Below are positions 13,562 to 27,183 of a stretch of 64,000 bases of DNA, piece by piece. Source of the stretch: Eledone cirrhosa (lineage: Eukaryota); contig OZ024760.1 of NCBI GenBank assembly GCA_964016885.1, positions 19,902,001 to 19,966,000 on the forward strand, read 5' to 3'. The position numbers and the translations under genes were made by a program. Numbering within the stretch: the stretch's first letter is position 1; each line of letters opens with the position of its first letter. The notes below the pieces were generated by a model. The model was not told the DNA's origin and made no database searches. It saw only the letters and a program-made list of their open reading frames with translations.

Positions 13562-14999
13562 TTAACCCTTTAGCATTTACATTACTCTATATACACTATT
13601 GTATTTTCATGGTAAAGTCCTTACCTCACATAATATCTCACATAACATTTACATTACTCTATATATACTATTGTATTTTCACAGTAAAGTCCTTAACTCA
13701 CATAATATCTCACATAACATTTACATTACTCTATATATACTATTGTATTTTCATGGTAAAGGCTTTCCTCACATAATATCTCACCAAACATTTACATTAC
13801 TCTATATATACTATTGTATTGTCACAGTAAAGGCTTTACCTCCCATAATATCTCACATAACATTTACATTACTCTATATATACTATTGTATTTTCATGGT
13901 AAAGTCCTTACCTCACATAATATCTCACATAGCATTTACATTACTCTATATATACTATTGTATTTTCACAGTAAAGTCCTTAACTCACATAATATCTCAC
14001 ATAGCATTTACATTACTCTATATATACTATTGTATTTTCATGGCAAAGGCTTTACCTCACATAATATCTCACATAACATTTACATTACTCTATATATACT
14101 ATTGTATTTTCATGGCAAAGGCTTTACCTCACATAATATCTCACATAACATTTACATTACTCTATATATACTATTGTATTTTCATGGCAAAGGCTTTACC
14201 TCACATAATATCTCACATAACATTTACATTACTCTATATATACTATTGTATTTTCATGGCAAAGGCTTTACCTCACATAATATCTCACATAACATTCACA
14301 TTACTCTATATATACTATTGTATTTTCATGGTAAAGTCCTTAACTCACATAATATCTCACATAACATTTACATTACTCTATATATACTATTGTATTTTCA
14401 CGGTAAAGGCTTTATTTCACATAATATCTCACATAACATTTACATTACTCTATATATACTATTGTATTTTCATGGTAAAGTCCTTACCTCACATAATATC
14501 TCACATAACATTTACATTACTCTATATATACTATTGTATTTTCATGGTAAAGTCCTTACCTCACATAACATTTACATTACTCTATATATACTATTGTATT
14601 TTCATGGTAAAGTCCTTAACTCACATAATATCTCACATAACATTTACATTACTCTATATATACTATTGTATTTTCATGGTAAAGTCCTTACCTCACATAA
14701 TATCTCACATAACATTTACATTACTCTATATATACTATTGTATTTTCATGGTAAAGTCCTTACCTCACATAATATCTCACATAACATTTACATTACTCTA
14801 TATATACTATTGTATTTTCACGGTAAAGGCTTTATTTCACATAATATCTCACATAATATCGAATCTATGAGATTTTAATATTATTTATTTTGAGAACAAT
14901 ACCTTAACATCACTACCAGTGGCCAGTTACAGCTGGTTTAAAGAGAAAGAGGTGAGAGGATTCTGGTCGGATACAGCCTGTTTAAATGATAAAGGTTAA
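13562..14999 (+). mobile_element. piggyBac-type (TTAA) MITE with an internal 72-bp satellite expansion of about 18 copies (13576-14860)
   Basis: Ends TTAACCCTTTAGCATTTA and TAAATGATAAAGGTTAA. The internal 72-bp unit gives the 24-aa ORF periodicity. Unexpanded copies of about 210-230 bp occur elsewhere. Confidence 0.8.
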
Positions 15000-16055
15000 C
15001 GTTAGTATGAACAGCCGGTTAAAACCAGTTTGAACAGAAAGAGGTGAGAGAATTCTGGCTGGATATCGCTGGTTTAAATGATGACAGGTTAACCCTTTTC
15101 ATAACCGTATTTCTCATGAAAGACACAGCCTTATGATTTTAGAAATCATTTTGAAAATAATCAAGAATTTGGAGGGATTTGATAATATAACTTTCTCATA
15201 TGAAATATGTTTGCCCATGAAAATATATGTTGATACTTATGGATTTCTGCAAATGCACTAAACATTTGTGTGTTTGTATGTGTATACATAAGTCTATCTA
15301 TTTATATTCATTAAATAAGTGTGTGTATATGTGTGTATGTTAATTATATCGGCCAAATTTGGGAGGAAGTATAATCCTCTGGGGCTTGAACTGTGAAATC
15401 AATAAAACATCATGAGTTCTGTCTGTCAAGATTTGTTACTCTCTTACTGAACAACTAGCTCTAAAAAGTAGGTGTGTGTGTCAGTGTGTGCACATGTGTA
15501 CATATATGTGTGTATATGTCTGTGTATACATGTGTGTGTGTGTATATACTTTGCCCGGCCATCTCAATAGTATTCTCTTCCATAACACAAAGTTTGACAT
15601 TTCTTTATTCCCAGGGTTCCCTAGAAATAAATGATTACCTTGTCAAAGGTGAAACTGTTTTTCTCTGGCAGTAATTATTAACCCTTTCATTACCAACCCA
15701 GCCAAAAACTGGGCTCTGGTCACTGTTTTTCCTTGGCATTAATTATCAACCCTTTTGTTACCAGCCCAGCCAAAAACTAGCTCTGGTTCTATGAAACAAA
15801 AACAATCAGTATATCAGGTTCCTATTTAAATATATTAATGTGAGACTGTACATAAACGAGACACAGATCTCTGGCTTGCTTAAGAAATCAGTGGCTCTAC
15901 TAGCAGGGAAAGCAGACATTAAAATGACTAGCAAGGAAAGCAGACATTGCTAGCAGGGAAAGCAGCCATTAAAATGACAATGATGATGATAAACACTTTA
16001 GACTAAACAGGATTGTGTTTGATACCAAGCCACAGATGATTTAGTACCAAAAGGA

Positions 16056-16263
16056 TTAACACATTAGTATTTAAACCGGCTGTATCCGGTCAGAAATCTC
16101 TCACCTCTTTCTGTTCAAACCGGCTGTAACTGGCCACTTATACTGATGTTAAGGTATTGTTCTCAAAATAAATAATACCAAAATCTCATAGATTCAATAT
16201 TATGTGAGGTTACTGTGAAAATACAATAGTAAATTTAGAGTAATGTCAATGGTAAAGGGTTAA
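16056..16263 (-). mobile_element. Unexpanded copy of the TTAA MITE
   Basis: ttaacacattagtatttaaaccggc...aatggtaaagggttaa. Other copies at 23992-24223, 27021-27796 (SINE-interrupted), 47451-47645 and 53427-53873. Confidence 0.75.
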
Positions 16264-16269
16264 ATGCGA

Positions 16270-16600
16270 TTCTAATTGTGTGGGTCATGGAATACCAATG
16301 TTTTGTGTAGTTCTTCCTTTTAACATGATTCCACAAGGATTCAACATGGTTTGTAGTTTCATATGTAACTGGATCAACAACAAAATATAGAGAATGATTA
16401 ACCACCATCAAGTGCTGAAAACCTGTTTGATTGATGATATTGTACAATATCAAGAGATCACTTACTCATGGCAAAACATAACGTTACACAGAATATTTAA
16501 CAGTACTGTAGTTGTAGCATTTACTGCAACCAGGAAACAACAACAACTAAAATACCAGAACCAAATTCAAGATCTCCAAAGAAACCCACTGTGTTTTCAC
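16270..16600 (-). pseudogene. Decayed Merlin (IS1595/ISXO2-like) DDE transposase fragment
   Basis: ORF 16235-16453(-) GFQHLMVVNHSLYFVVDPVTYETTNHVESLWNHVK matches the ISXO2 motif H.xVNHS..FVDP.TG..TN.IE..W...K. Upstream frames give QWV..G and CFLVAV remnants. Confidence 0.75.
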
Positions 16601-16669
16601 AAAATGGCCTATATTGAATGTATATGTTTGACAAATGTGCTCTTAATAAACTCAGCAATAGATTTTGGA

Positions 16670-17100
16670 TAAAGCTATATGCACATTTATCAAGACAGTA
16701 AGTTTTAAATAACCTTATCTTCACATTTATCATGGCACTAGTCATTCTGTAAAATTATTTGCACATTTATAATAGCAATGGTATTTAAATCATATTATCT
16801 TCACATTTATAATGGCAGTGTTTTTTAAATAAAACTATCTTCACATTTATCAAGATAGTGGTTTTTAATAATCTCATCTTCACATTCATAAAGGCAATGG
16901 TCTTTAATAACCTTATCCTCACAGTTACCATGACAGTAAATTTTAAATAAAATTATCTTCACATTTATCATGACAGTAAATTTTAAATTAAAAAAACTAT
17001 TTACACGTTTATAATGGCAGTGGTTCCTAAATAGAACTGTCTTCACATTTATAATGGCAGAAGATATTGAATAAACTTATCTGCACGTTTATCATGACAG
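16670..17100. repeat. Degenerate tandem repeat of about 40-45 bp (tatcttcacatttat.atggcag..tttaaataa)
   Basis: About 10 recurrences of the cacatttat anchor. Confidence 0.7.
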
Positions 17101-17106
17101 TACATT

Positions 17107-17245
17107 AGGCGCATGACTTAGTGGTTAAAGTATCGCCCTTGCAATCGTGAGGATGTGAGTTCGATTCTCGGACCGGGCTTTGCGTTGTGTTCTTTAAGAC
17201 ACTTTATTTCGCATTGCTCCAGTTTACTCAGCTGTAGAAATGAGT
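17107..17245 (+). mobile_element. SINE family 2, 5' part (tRNA head plus CORE-like domain)
   Basis: ggcgcatgacttagtggtt..gagttcgattc..aagacactttatttc..ttgctccagtttactcagctgtagaaatgag. Confidence 0.75.
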
Positions 17246-17959
17246 TTTTGGATAAAATATAAACATCTTAACCCATTTATTACCATATTTTTAATGAAAG
17301 ACAGCCTATGATTTTCAAATAATTTTGAAAATAAAGATTTGGAAGGATTTAACAAAATCACTTTCTCATTATTAAAATGGTGTTTGGAACATAACATAAC
17401 AAAGGTTCTTAGATAAAATTATGATGGAAGGTTTTAGATAAATTATAAACACTTTTTACCCATTCATTACCATATTTCTAATGAGAGACACAACCTAAGG
17501 TTTGGAACATAACCTTACAAAGGTTCTTAGATAAAATTAAAATTATGATGGAAGGTTTTTAGACAAATATAAGTTAAAGAGCCCTTGTTGCAGTTTTTGC
17601 CATTGGTGTTGTTGGTGGTGGTGGTGTTGGTGTTGCTGTCATCGCTGCTGTCATCACTGTTGTCATCAGTGGTGGTGGTGGTGGTGGTGGTATTCTTAGA
17701 AATTGCTAGATAGGTAGGTTCTGGATGGAGGGAAGAGGTGGGGCAGGGAGGGAGATGATGAATGACAACCAGCCATAACAACATAAACAGCAGCAGTCGT
17801 ATGTGTGTGTGTGATAGTGTGTGTGTGTTAAAGAAGTCGTTAGTAACAATTTAGTACCAAAACGCTTATAGTAGTATTAGTAGCATCTGAGACAACTGAC
17901 ACAGTCTTTGACTCTCACTGGATATCACCTCTTACTCTCCCTCTCTCTCTCTCTCTTTT

Positions 17960-18243
17960 TCTCTCTCTATAGATATCACCTCTTACTCCCTTTCTCTCTC
18001 TCTTTCTAGATATCACCTCTCCCTCTCTAGATATCACCTCTCTCTCTCTAGATATCACCTCTCTCTCTCTCTCTCTCTCTCTCTAGATATCACCTCTCTC
18101 TCTCTCTCTCTCTAGATATCACCTCTCTCTCTCTAGATATCACCTCTCCCTCTCTAGATATCACCTCTCTCTCTCTCTCTCTAGATATCACCTCTCTCTC
18201 TCTCTCTCTAGATATCACCTCTCTCTCTCTCTCTCTAGATATC

Positions 18244-18278
<35 letters not shown>

Positions 18279-18365
18279 GATATCACCTCTCTCTCTCTCT
18301 AGATATCACCTTTTACTCTCTCACCCTCTCTCTCTCTCTCTCTCTCACTGGATACCACCTTTCAC
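17960..18365. repeat. Compound repeat tagatatcacc(tc)n
   Basis: About 13 gatatcacc anchors separated by (CT)n. Confidence 0.9.
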
Positions 18366-18592
18366 TCTCACTCTCTAGTTATATATCTATCTGCCTATCT
18401 CTCCCTACCACCACCACCACCCTCTCTACTTATCTATCTCTTCCATACTCCTCTCTCTATTATACACCAACCAACCAACCACCCAACCAACCAACCAGCC
18501 AGTTACCAGCCAACCTGTTGCACATATTTCCAATCAACAGGTGACATCATCATATAGCTTTATGGAATGTCATATATATATATAAGTATCTT

Positions 18593-18633
<41 letters not shown>

Positions 18634-18640
18634 AAGTATC

Positions 18641-18673
<33 letters not shown>

Positions 18674-18737
18674 TTTGTGTGTATACTCTTTTACCTGTTT
18701 CAGCCATCCGGCTGAGGCCATGCTGGGGCACCGCCCT

Positions 18738-18777
<40 letters not shown>

Positions 18778-19194
18778 TATATATGTGCGTGTCAACATGT
18801 AAATATATATATATATGCGTGTGTGTAAACATGTAAATATATATATATGTGTGTGTGTGTGTATGTATATGTATATATGTGTGTGTATATATATATATGT
18901 ATGTGTGTGTGTATGTATATGTGTATGTGTGTCTATGTATGAAGTCCTTGTGTATGTGTGTTCCATGATAGAAGCTTCTTCAGCTAAAATCTATACATCA
19001 CATGATATATATGTTGTCATCGAATTTGTGTGTGCATGTGTATGTATATACACACACATAGACAGACACACACACATAAACACTCACCCAGACATATATA
19101 TATAAGAAGGAGTCAGGGCCCGGCGGCTGAGCTCTTGCCATTTCGATATATATATATATATACACACACACCTATGTATATACACCTATGTATA

Positions 19195-20870
19195 CAGTTG
19201 ATTAGGGACCGGGTGAAACTAGATGAGACACAATTTGGGTTTGTGCCAGGAAGAGGCACCACTGATGCCCTCTTCCTTCTGAGGCAGTTACAGGAAAAGT
19301 ACCTAGCTAAAAGTAAGCCACTCTACCTGGCATTCGTTGATCTCGAGAAAGCCTTTGACAGAGTTCCCCGTGCTATAGTCTGGTGGGCTCTTAGAAAACT
19401 AGGAGTAGATGAATGGCTTGTGAAAGCTGTACAAGCCATGTATAGAGGAGCAGTCAGCAAAGTTAGGATTAGCAATGACTATAACGAGGAATTTAGCGTA
19501 CAGGTTGGTGTCCACCAGGGCTCTGTTCTTAGCCCTCTCCTGTTCATCATAGTCCTGCAGGCAATATCGGAGGAGTTTAAGACCGGATGCCCATGGGAAC
19601 TCATGTATGCTGATGACCTCGCACTTATAGCTGAATCTATGGTAGAACTAGAGAAGAAATTCCAAACTTGGAAGCAGGGACTAGAAAGAAAGAGTCTCAA
19701 AGTCAACCTGACAAAGACTAAGGTCCTTGTAAGTAGATGAGAAAACAGAACCCAGATCCCCTCAGGGAAATGGCCTTGCTCAGTATGTAGGAAAGGTGTA
19801 GGTAGGAACTCCATTCTCTGCCCCAAATGCAAACAATGGGTACACAAGAGATGTAATGGGATCTCAGGAAGCTTAACTAAGAATGTAGGCTTCACATGTA
19901 GCAGCTGTGCTGGGACAGCAAACAGCCACAGGAAACAAGTACCACCAAACTCTGGGAGGGCTCTGTAGAAACAGTAGACAGCTTCTGCTCACTAGGTGAC
20001 CGAATTAGCAGCGGAGGTGGGTGTTCGAAAAGTAAAATAACTAGGGTAAGAATGGGATGGAAGAAGTTCAGGGAGCTACTGCCACTGCTAGATGCAAAAG
20101 GCTTTTCCCTCAAAATGAAAGGCAGACTGTATGATGCGTGCATCCGAACAGCAATGTTACATGGTGGTGAGACCTGGGCGCTGTCTGTGGAAGACTTACG
20201 TAGATTAGAAAGAAACGAAGCTTGCATGCTCCGATGGATGTGTAATAGTAATATATGCAAACGACAAAGCATAAATGAATTGAGAGAGAGACTGAGCATA
20301 AGAGGAATCAAATTCTGTGTGCAGGAGAGGAGGTTGTGCTGGTATGGACATGTAATACGTATAAAGGATGACAGCTGCATAAAAAGGTGCAGAGCAGTAG
20401 AAGTCAATGGAAACCGCGGAGTGGGGAGACCCAAGAAAACCTGAGATGAGGTGATAAAAGCCGACCTTACGCAATTACACCTCTCAAAGGCGATGACACA
20501 CGACCGGGACCTCTGGCATCATGCAGTAATACAGAAGACCCGACCCCCCACGGGTACAAGCCAAAGCTGAAGCATATAGACAATATGCCCCATACCCTCC
20601 CACTGCAAAGTGGTCGTGGAGGTGCCACAGCAAAAAAGCACCCAGCCCACACTGAAAAGTGGATGTGTAGGTGCCACCAAAAAAGCATCCACCACTCACT
20701 GTAAATGAGGTTGGTGTTAGGAAGGGCATCCAGCTGTAGAAATCAAGCCAGAATCAGTTCCCGTATGAGTAAGACAAGGTCAGCTGACCGGACACTGGCC
20801 ACAACAGGACAACCCGTCTAATCCATGCTAGCGTGGAAGAACGGACGTAAAATGGTGATGATGATGATGT
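19195..20870 (+). mobile_element. 5'-truncated RTE-clade LINE pseudogene (RT, PHD finger, C-terminal domain, 3' UTR)
   Basis: QFGFVPGRGTTDA, AFVDLEKAFDRVPR, GVHQGSVLSPLLF and YADDL. Stop at 19738 and a frameshift near 19950, then MLHGGETW, RRLCWYGHV and GRPKKT, a 3' UTR and a (TGA)n tail. Confidence 0.93.
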
Positions 20871-20987
20871 GTGTGTAAGAGATGCTACTACTAATTAAGG
20901 AATGCCACTATTTCACCTCATTTCCAGACCAACTCTGTAACACATCACACCAACCGCTATATAATAATAACTGTGAAATAGTAGATA

Positions 20988-22250
20988 TCGTATTGCCATA
21001 GAGACTGTAGTATTGCTATAGAGACAGTGGTTCTATAGTATTGCTATAGAGACAGTGGTTCTATAGTATTGCTATAGAGACAGTGATTCTATAGTATTGC
21101 TATAGAGACAGGGGCTCTATAGTATTGCCATAGAGACAGTGGTTCTATAGTATTGCCATAGAGACAGTGGTTCTATAGTATTGCTATAGAGACAGTGGTT
21201 CTATAGTATTGCCATAGAGACAGTGGTTCTATAGTATTGCTATAGAGACAGTGATTCTATAGTATTGCTATAGTGACAGTGGTTCTATGGTATTGCTATA
21301 GAGACAGGGGTTCTATAGTATTGCCATAGAGACAGTGGTTCTATAGTATTGCTATAGTGACAGTGGTTCTATGGTATTGCTATAGAGACAGGGGTTCTAT
21401 AGTATTGCCATAGAGACAGTGGTTCTATAGTATTGCTATAGAGACAGTGGTTCTATAGTATTGCTGTAGACACAGGGGTTCTATAGTATTGCTATAGAGA
21501 CAGGGGTTCTATAGTATTGCCATAGAGACAGTGGTTCTATAGTATTGCTATAGAGACAGTGGTTCTATAGTATTGCTATAGAGACAGTGGTTCTATAGTA
21601 TTGCTATAGAGACAGTGGTTCTATAGTATTGCTATAGAGACAGTGGTTCTATAGTATTGCTATAGAGACAGTGGTTCTATAGTATTGCTATAGAGACAGT
21701 GGTTCTATAGTATTGCTATAGAGACAGTGGTTCTATAGTATTGCTGTAGAGACAGTGGTTCTATAGTATTGCCATATAGACTGTAGTATAGTATTGCTAT
21801 AGTGACAGTGGTTCTATGGTATTGCTATAGAGACAGTGGTTCTATAGTATTGCTGTAGAGACAGTGGTTCTATAGTATTGCTGTAGAGACAGGGGTTCTA
21901 TAGTATTGCTGTAGAGACAGGGGTTCTATAGTATTGCTGTAGAGACAGGGGTTCTATAGTATTGCTGTAGAGACAGTGGTTCTATAGTATTGCTGTAGAG
22001 ACAGTGGTTCTATAGTATTGCTATAGAGACAGTGGTTCTATAGTATTGCTGTAGAGACAGGGGTTCTATAGTATTGCCATAGAGACAGTGGTTCTATAGT
22101 ATTGCTATAGAGACAGTGATTATATAGTATTGCCATAGAGACTGTAGTATAGTATTGCTATAGAGACAGTGGTTCTATAGTATTGCCATAGAGACTGTAG
22201 TATAGTATTGCCATAGAGACAGTAGATATAGTATTGCTATAGTGACAGCT
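20988..22250. repeat. 28-bp minisatellite (tagtattgctatagagacagtggttcta), about 45 copies
   Basis: Direct 28-bp periodicity. Confidence 0.95.
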
Positions 22251-22264
22251 GTAGAAATATGTTG

Positions 22265-23205
22265 TATAATGTGCCTTTCCCTTGGACATCATATATACTG
22301 GACATAATGTATATATAATGTGCTTTTCCCTTGGATATCATATATATTGTGTATATATACTGGACATGATGTATATATAATGTGCCTTTCCCTTGGACAT
22401 CATATATATTGTGTATATATACTGGACATGATGTATATATAATGTGCTTTTCCCTTGGACAACATCATATATATTATGTATATATACTGGACATAATGCA
22501 TATATAATGTGCTTTTCCCTTGGACATCATATATATATTGTGTCTATATACTGGACATGATGTATATATAATGTGCTTTTCCCTTGGACATCATATATAT
22601 TGTGTCTATATACTGGACATGATGTATATATAATGTGCTTTTCCCTTGGACAACATCATATATATTATGTATATATACTGGACATAATGTATATATAATG
22701 TGCTTTTCCCTTGGACATCATATATATTGTGTATATATACTGGACATGATGTATATATAATGTGCTTTTCCCTTGGACAACATCATATATATTGTGTATA
22801 TATACTGGACATGATGTATATATAATGTGCTTTTCCCTTGGACATCATATATATTGTGTATATATACTGGACATGATGTATATATAATGTGCTTTTCCCT
22901 TGGACAACATCATATATATTATGTATATATACTGGACATAATGCATATATAATGTGCTTTTCCCTTGGACATCATATATATATTGTGTCTATATACTGGA
23001 CATGATGTATATATAATGTGCTTTTCCCTTGGACATCATATATATTGTGTATATATACTGGACATGATGTATATATAATGTGCTTTTCCCTTGGACATCA
23101 TATATATTGTGTATATATACTGGACATGATGTATATATAATGTGCTTTTCCCTTGGACAACATCATATATATTATGTATATATACTGGACATGATGTATA
23201 TATAC
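22265..23205. repeat. Minisatellite of about 62 bp (aatgtgcttttcccttggacatc..tactggacatgatg), about 15 copies
   Basis: Direct periodicity of about 60-65 bp. Confidence 0.93.
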
Positions 23206-23350
23206 TGCACATATATACATATGAGTTGCCACATCACTGGTGCTAAGCTGTATCGGTCATTGCCTTTCCCTCTAGAGAATAAAGTATATATGTTTTCTCA
23301 CTTCTTTATGTTATAAAAATATACTAAAATATTACAACTAGAATGATAAT

Positions 23351-23690
23351 AATTGTTTCTACTTTTGGCACAAGGCCAGCAATTATCCAGTACATTACTG
23401 GTACTTTATTTTAAAGTTAACCTCGACGGGATTTGAACTCAGACTGTAAAAGGACGTAACTCTGCTAGAAAGCATGGCGTCCAACCCTCTACCGATACTG
23501 CCAATTCACCACCCTAGAATGATAATAATGGTTTCTGATGTAGGCACATGGCCAACAATTTTAGGGGAGGGAGAGTCAATTAAATCAACACCAATGTATT
23601 TCTGGTACTTTATTTTATCAACCCCATAAGGATGAAAAACAAAGCTAACCTCAGCAGGATTTGAACTCAGACTGCAAATGGTTGTAATAT
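23351..23690 (-). mobile_element. Two tandem SINE family 1 copies
   Basis: Reverse complement of the 12977-13166 motifs, separated and flanked by tagaatgataat. Confidence 0.8.
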
Positions 23691-23751
23691 AGAATGATAA
23701 TTATAAACATATGATGTACAAACTTTACACCTTTCATCTCACATTTATAGT

Positions 23752-23951
23752 TTAACCTCTTCAGTGCCGTAGATGAGATAACTCGTCCTAACATGTTTGA
23801 ACTCCTTTCCAACAGTTCATAACTTCAAAGCTAGATGGGGTTACTAGTTCATTGATGTGATGTTTGTCAATCAAAATAATCATTTTACTGGAAAAAAAAC
23901 TGGCACAGCAACTGTAGCTGTGTAAAATATACACGGCAGTCAACAGGTTAA
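23752..23951. mobile_element. Possible second TTAA MITE
   Basis: Imperfect TIRs with TTAA ends: ttaacctcttcagtgccgt ... acggcagtcaacaggttaa. Confidence 0.55.
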
Positions 23952-24856
23952 GGCCATTTATTTTAGTTTTTTTTTTAAATAACTGCTTGAATTAACCCAT
24001 TAGCATTTAAACCGGCCGTATCCAGCTAGAAATATCTCATCTTTTTCTGTTCAAATTGGCTATAACTGGCTGCTCGTAATAATATTAAGTTATTGTTTTC
24101 AAAATATATAACAACAAAATCTCATAGATTCGATATAATATGCGATATTATGTGAGGTAAGGACTTTACCGTGAAAATACAATAGTATATATATATAGAG
24201 TAATGTAAATGCTAAAGAGTTAAGATGCATCTTGTAAGCCATCAAATACGGTATTTTCTGCTAAATCTTTGCAGGATATTAAGAGTTAACAGAATGTTAT
24301 GAAAACTAACAAGACAGCGACTTTGATTTGATTTACAAATTCCATTTAGTCCTTGTGGAATATTTTCCTAAACGCTCCGTAGTTTAACTTCCACTGATAA
24401 TCGATGTTGTCATTTCTTCGTTTTCTAGCAGTAATAGCTAGAGTGCCAACTTGCATAAATATGATCTTAGAAAATGGTTGTAACACTTTTAACCCTTTTG
24501 GTAACAATCCACTCCAAACTGGTTTTGGTTCTATGAAACAGAACTATACGTTTTACAAGGGTCTTATTTAGATTAAAACATTTCAACATAACTTGATAGA
24601 AAAAGAGAAAAAGAACGTCACACTGATGCATGTTTAGCTGGCCTCCTATGAGGTTACATCTTATAGGAAGGTTCTTGGGCTTTATAAATGATATAAAGAG
24701 CTCCAGTCTTATGCTACATAGCAACATGAAATGAAGGATGCTATACAAGAATGCAGTGTTTCCCAGGTCCAATAATTGAATTCATAAACTTATGATCGGA
24801 GCTTCAACACCCTAACTACTAAGGTTCTATCAATCCACTCTCTTCCTCTCCTTACA

Positions 24857-25077
24857 TAATGATTTCTACTATAGGCACAAGGCCAGTAACTTAGGGGGAA
24901 GGGAAAGTCGATTAAATCGACACCAGTACGTTACTGGTACTTTATTTTATCGACCCTGTAAGGATGAAAGGCAAAGTTAACCTCGGCGGGATTTGAACTC
25001 AGGCCATAAAGGGCCGCAACTCTATGCTGCAAGGCATGGTGTCCGACCCTCTACTGATACTGCCAATCCACTGCCCT
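24857..25077 (-). mobile_element. SINE family 1
   Basis: Full-length reverse-complement copy. Confidence 0.85.
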
Positions 25078-25086
25078 TGATAGTAG

Positions 25087-25122
<36 letters not shown>

Positions 25123-25756
25123 CATGATCTTAAAATAGAAAACAACTTGTAGACAGGCAATTTCCACTTTGTTTTTCATTTTTAGTGTTAAGAATTCTAG
25201 ACACGAGGGAGATCCATAAATTTTAATGCCTGCTAAATAAATCGATGATTGTATTTCTAGTAGGAAACATTCTAGAAAGAAAGAGTAGCACCATGTTCTT
25301 GTATCCTAAATGAATAACGAGTGGGTTTAGTCACGATACATCACACTATTTAGCTCTCGGCTAAAACACAATAGCACGTAGCAATATGGTGGACCTGTAA
25401 CATTTTCTTAACATGTTACACTCTTACATTCTCACTGTGTATTCTTTGTATTTATTTTATTTTATATTATGTTTCTTTTTATTTTTTCTGGTTGGTTTCA
25501 GTCATTAGACTGTGGCCATGCTGGGGCACACAATTGAAAAGATTTTGTTAATTATTTCAATCATATTATATAGTTTAAAAACATTTTTTTAAATTTTTAT
25601 TTAAAGTCTGGTACTACTTATTTTATCAATCTCGTTTTGGCGAACCTCTAAGTCTCTATGTTACTGGACATAAACAAAGAGTAAACATAAACACGCACAC
25701 ACATAATCATCATTATCATCATTTAATGTCCATTTTGTCTGCTAGCAGGGTTAAAC

Positions 25757-25795
<39 letters not shown>

Positions 25796-26348
25796 TAATT
25801 TCTACTATAGGCACAAGGCCAAAGATTTTGGTAGGACTGCTCAAACTGGTGAACCAATAGTAACTTAAAGTTACACTCCAATACTATATATATATATATA
25901 TATATAAGGGTAAAGGTACTTATATATACATACATATCATACATATATAAGTATACTTGCACATTATATTTATATATATGTGTGTGTGTGTGTCTGTATA
26001 TAATTATATATATAATATATACAGAACGTCCAAAAAGTGTATACACATATTTATTAGAATACTGTTGAAGTGTGTGTATATTTTGGGGAACACCCTGCAT
26101 ATATATATATATATAACGACATCACAACTTTCTCCACTTGTCCTGTTCCCCCCCTTTTGGAACTTTCCCCCGTTGATGGGCGTGAGCCCGAAATATTGGG
26201 ATTAAATCTCCACTACGGTAACCCTTCTACCTTTGTTTTGTTTTCATCTTTGTCTCTCTCAATTTTCACTTTCACCTGTTTCTCCTATCTATCATTCACT
26301 TCCTACCTCGAGATTTCCCTCTGCATTGTTGTGACTTTCTTAACTACG

Positions 26349-26391
<43 letters not shown>

Positions 26392-26434
26392 TATAGATGC
26401 CTTATGTACGTATATAAGTATGTCTGCATTATAT

Positions 26435-26775
26435 ATCATCATCATCATTTCATTTTACGTCCACTTTTCCCTGCTTGCAAGGGTGAGACGGGAATTGATG
26501 CTGGCTTGATTTCTACAGCTGGATGCCCTTCCTAACACCAACCTCATTTACAGTGAGTGCTGGGTGCTTTTTTGCCGTGGCACCTCCACGACCACTTTGC
26601 AGTGGAATGATAGGGACCCCAGTCCCTATTATCTCATTTCTACAGCTGAGTAAACTGGAGCAATGTGAAATAAAGTGTCTTGCTCAAGGAAACAACACAT
26701 CACCCGGTCTGAGAATTGAACTCACAACCTTTCGATTGCAAGGCCAATGCTCTAACCACTAAGCCATATGCCTCC
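26435..26775 (-). mobile_element. SINE family 2 (tRNA head, CORE-like domain, RTE 3'-UTR tail)
   Basis: Near-identical to 43384-43716(+). Confidence 0.88.
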
Positions 26776-27183
26776 ATATATATATCATGCAGTTACCTTT
26801 ACTGATCTTATCTATAGTTTATAGAGAATATTGATTTTAAAAATATATATATATTGGTCTCAATTGCACCATAACTGTAAAACTCTAAGAATGATCTGTT
26901 TGAAGGTGAGTTGTGTTATTGATTTTTAAAATAGTTTGAAAGCAAGTAAGTGTTAAGAAACCTTTTAAATAAGTTCCAAGTGTCAGTGGCACAACCAGAG
27001 CAAAATAATGGCAGAAGGTATTAACCCTTTAGCATTTAAACCGGCCACATCCGGCCAGAATTCTCTCACCTATTTCTGTTCAAACCAACTTTAACTGGCT
27101 CCTCATGCTGTTATTAAAGTATTGTTCTCTAAATAAATAATATTAAAATCTCATAGATTTGATATTATTTTCTGTGAAAATAT

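Noticed and set aside
13599-14878. 423-aa and 354-aa repeat ORFs
   Set aside because: They arise from a stop-free 72-bp satellite inside a MITE.
20988-23205. CRISPR-like appearance of the 28-bp and 62-bp arrays (also the 33-bp array at 47789)
   Set aside because: Units are head-to-tail without unique spacers, there are no cas genes, and the context is eukaryotic.
26020-26101. Short imperfect inverted repeat (tacagaacgtccaaaaagtgtatacaca / tgtgtatattttggggaacaccctgca)
   Set aside because: Possibly a tiny Tc1/mariner MITE relic, but too degenerate to call.
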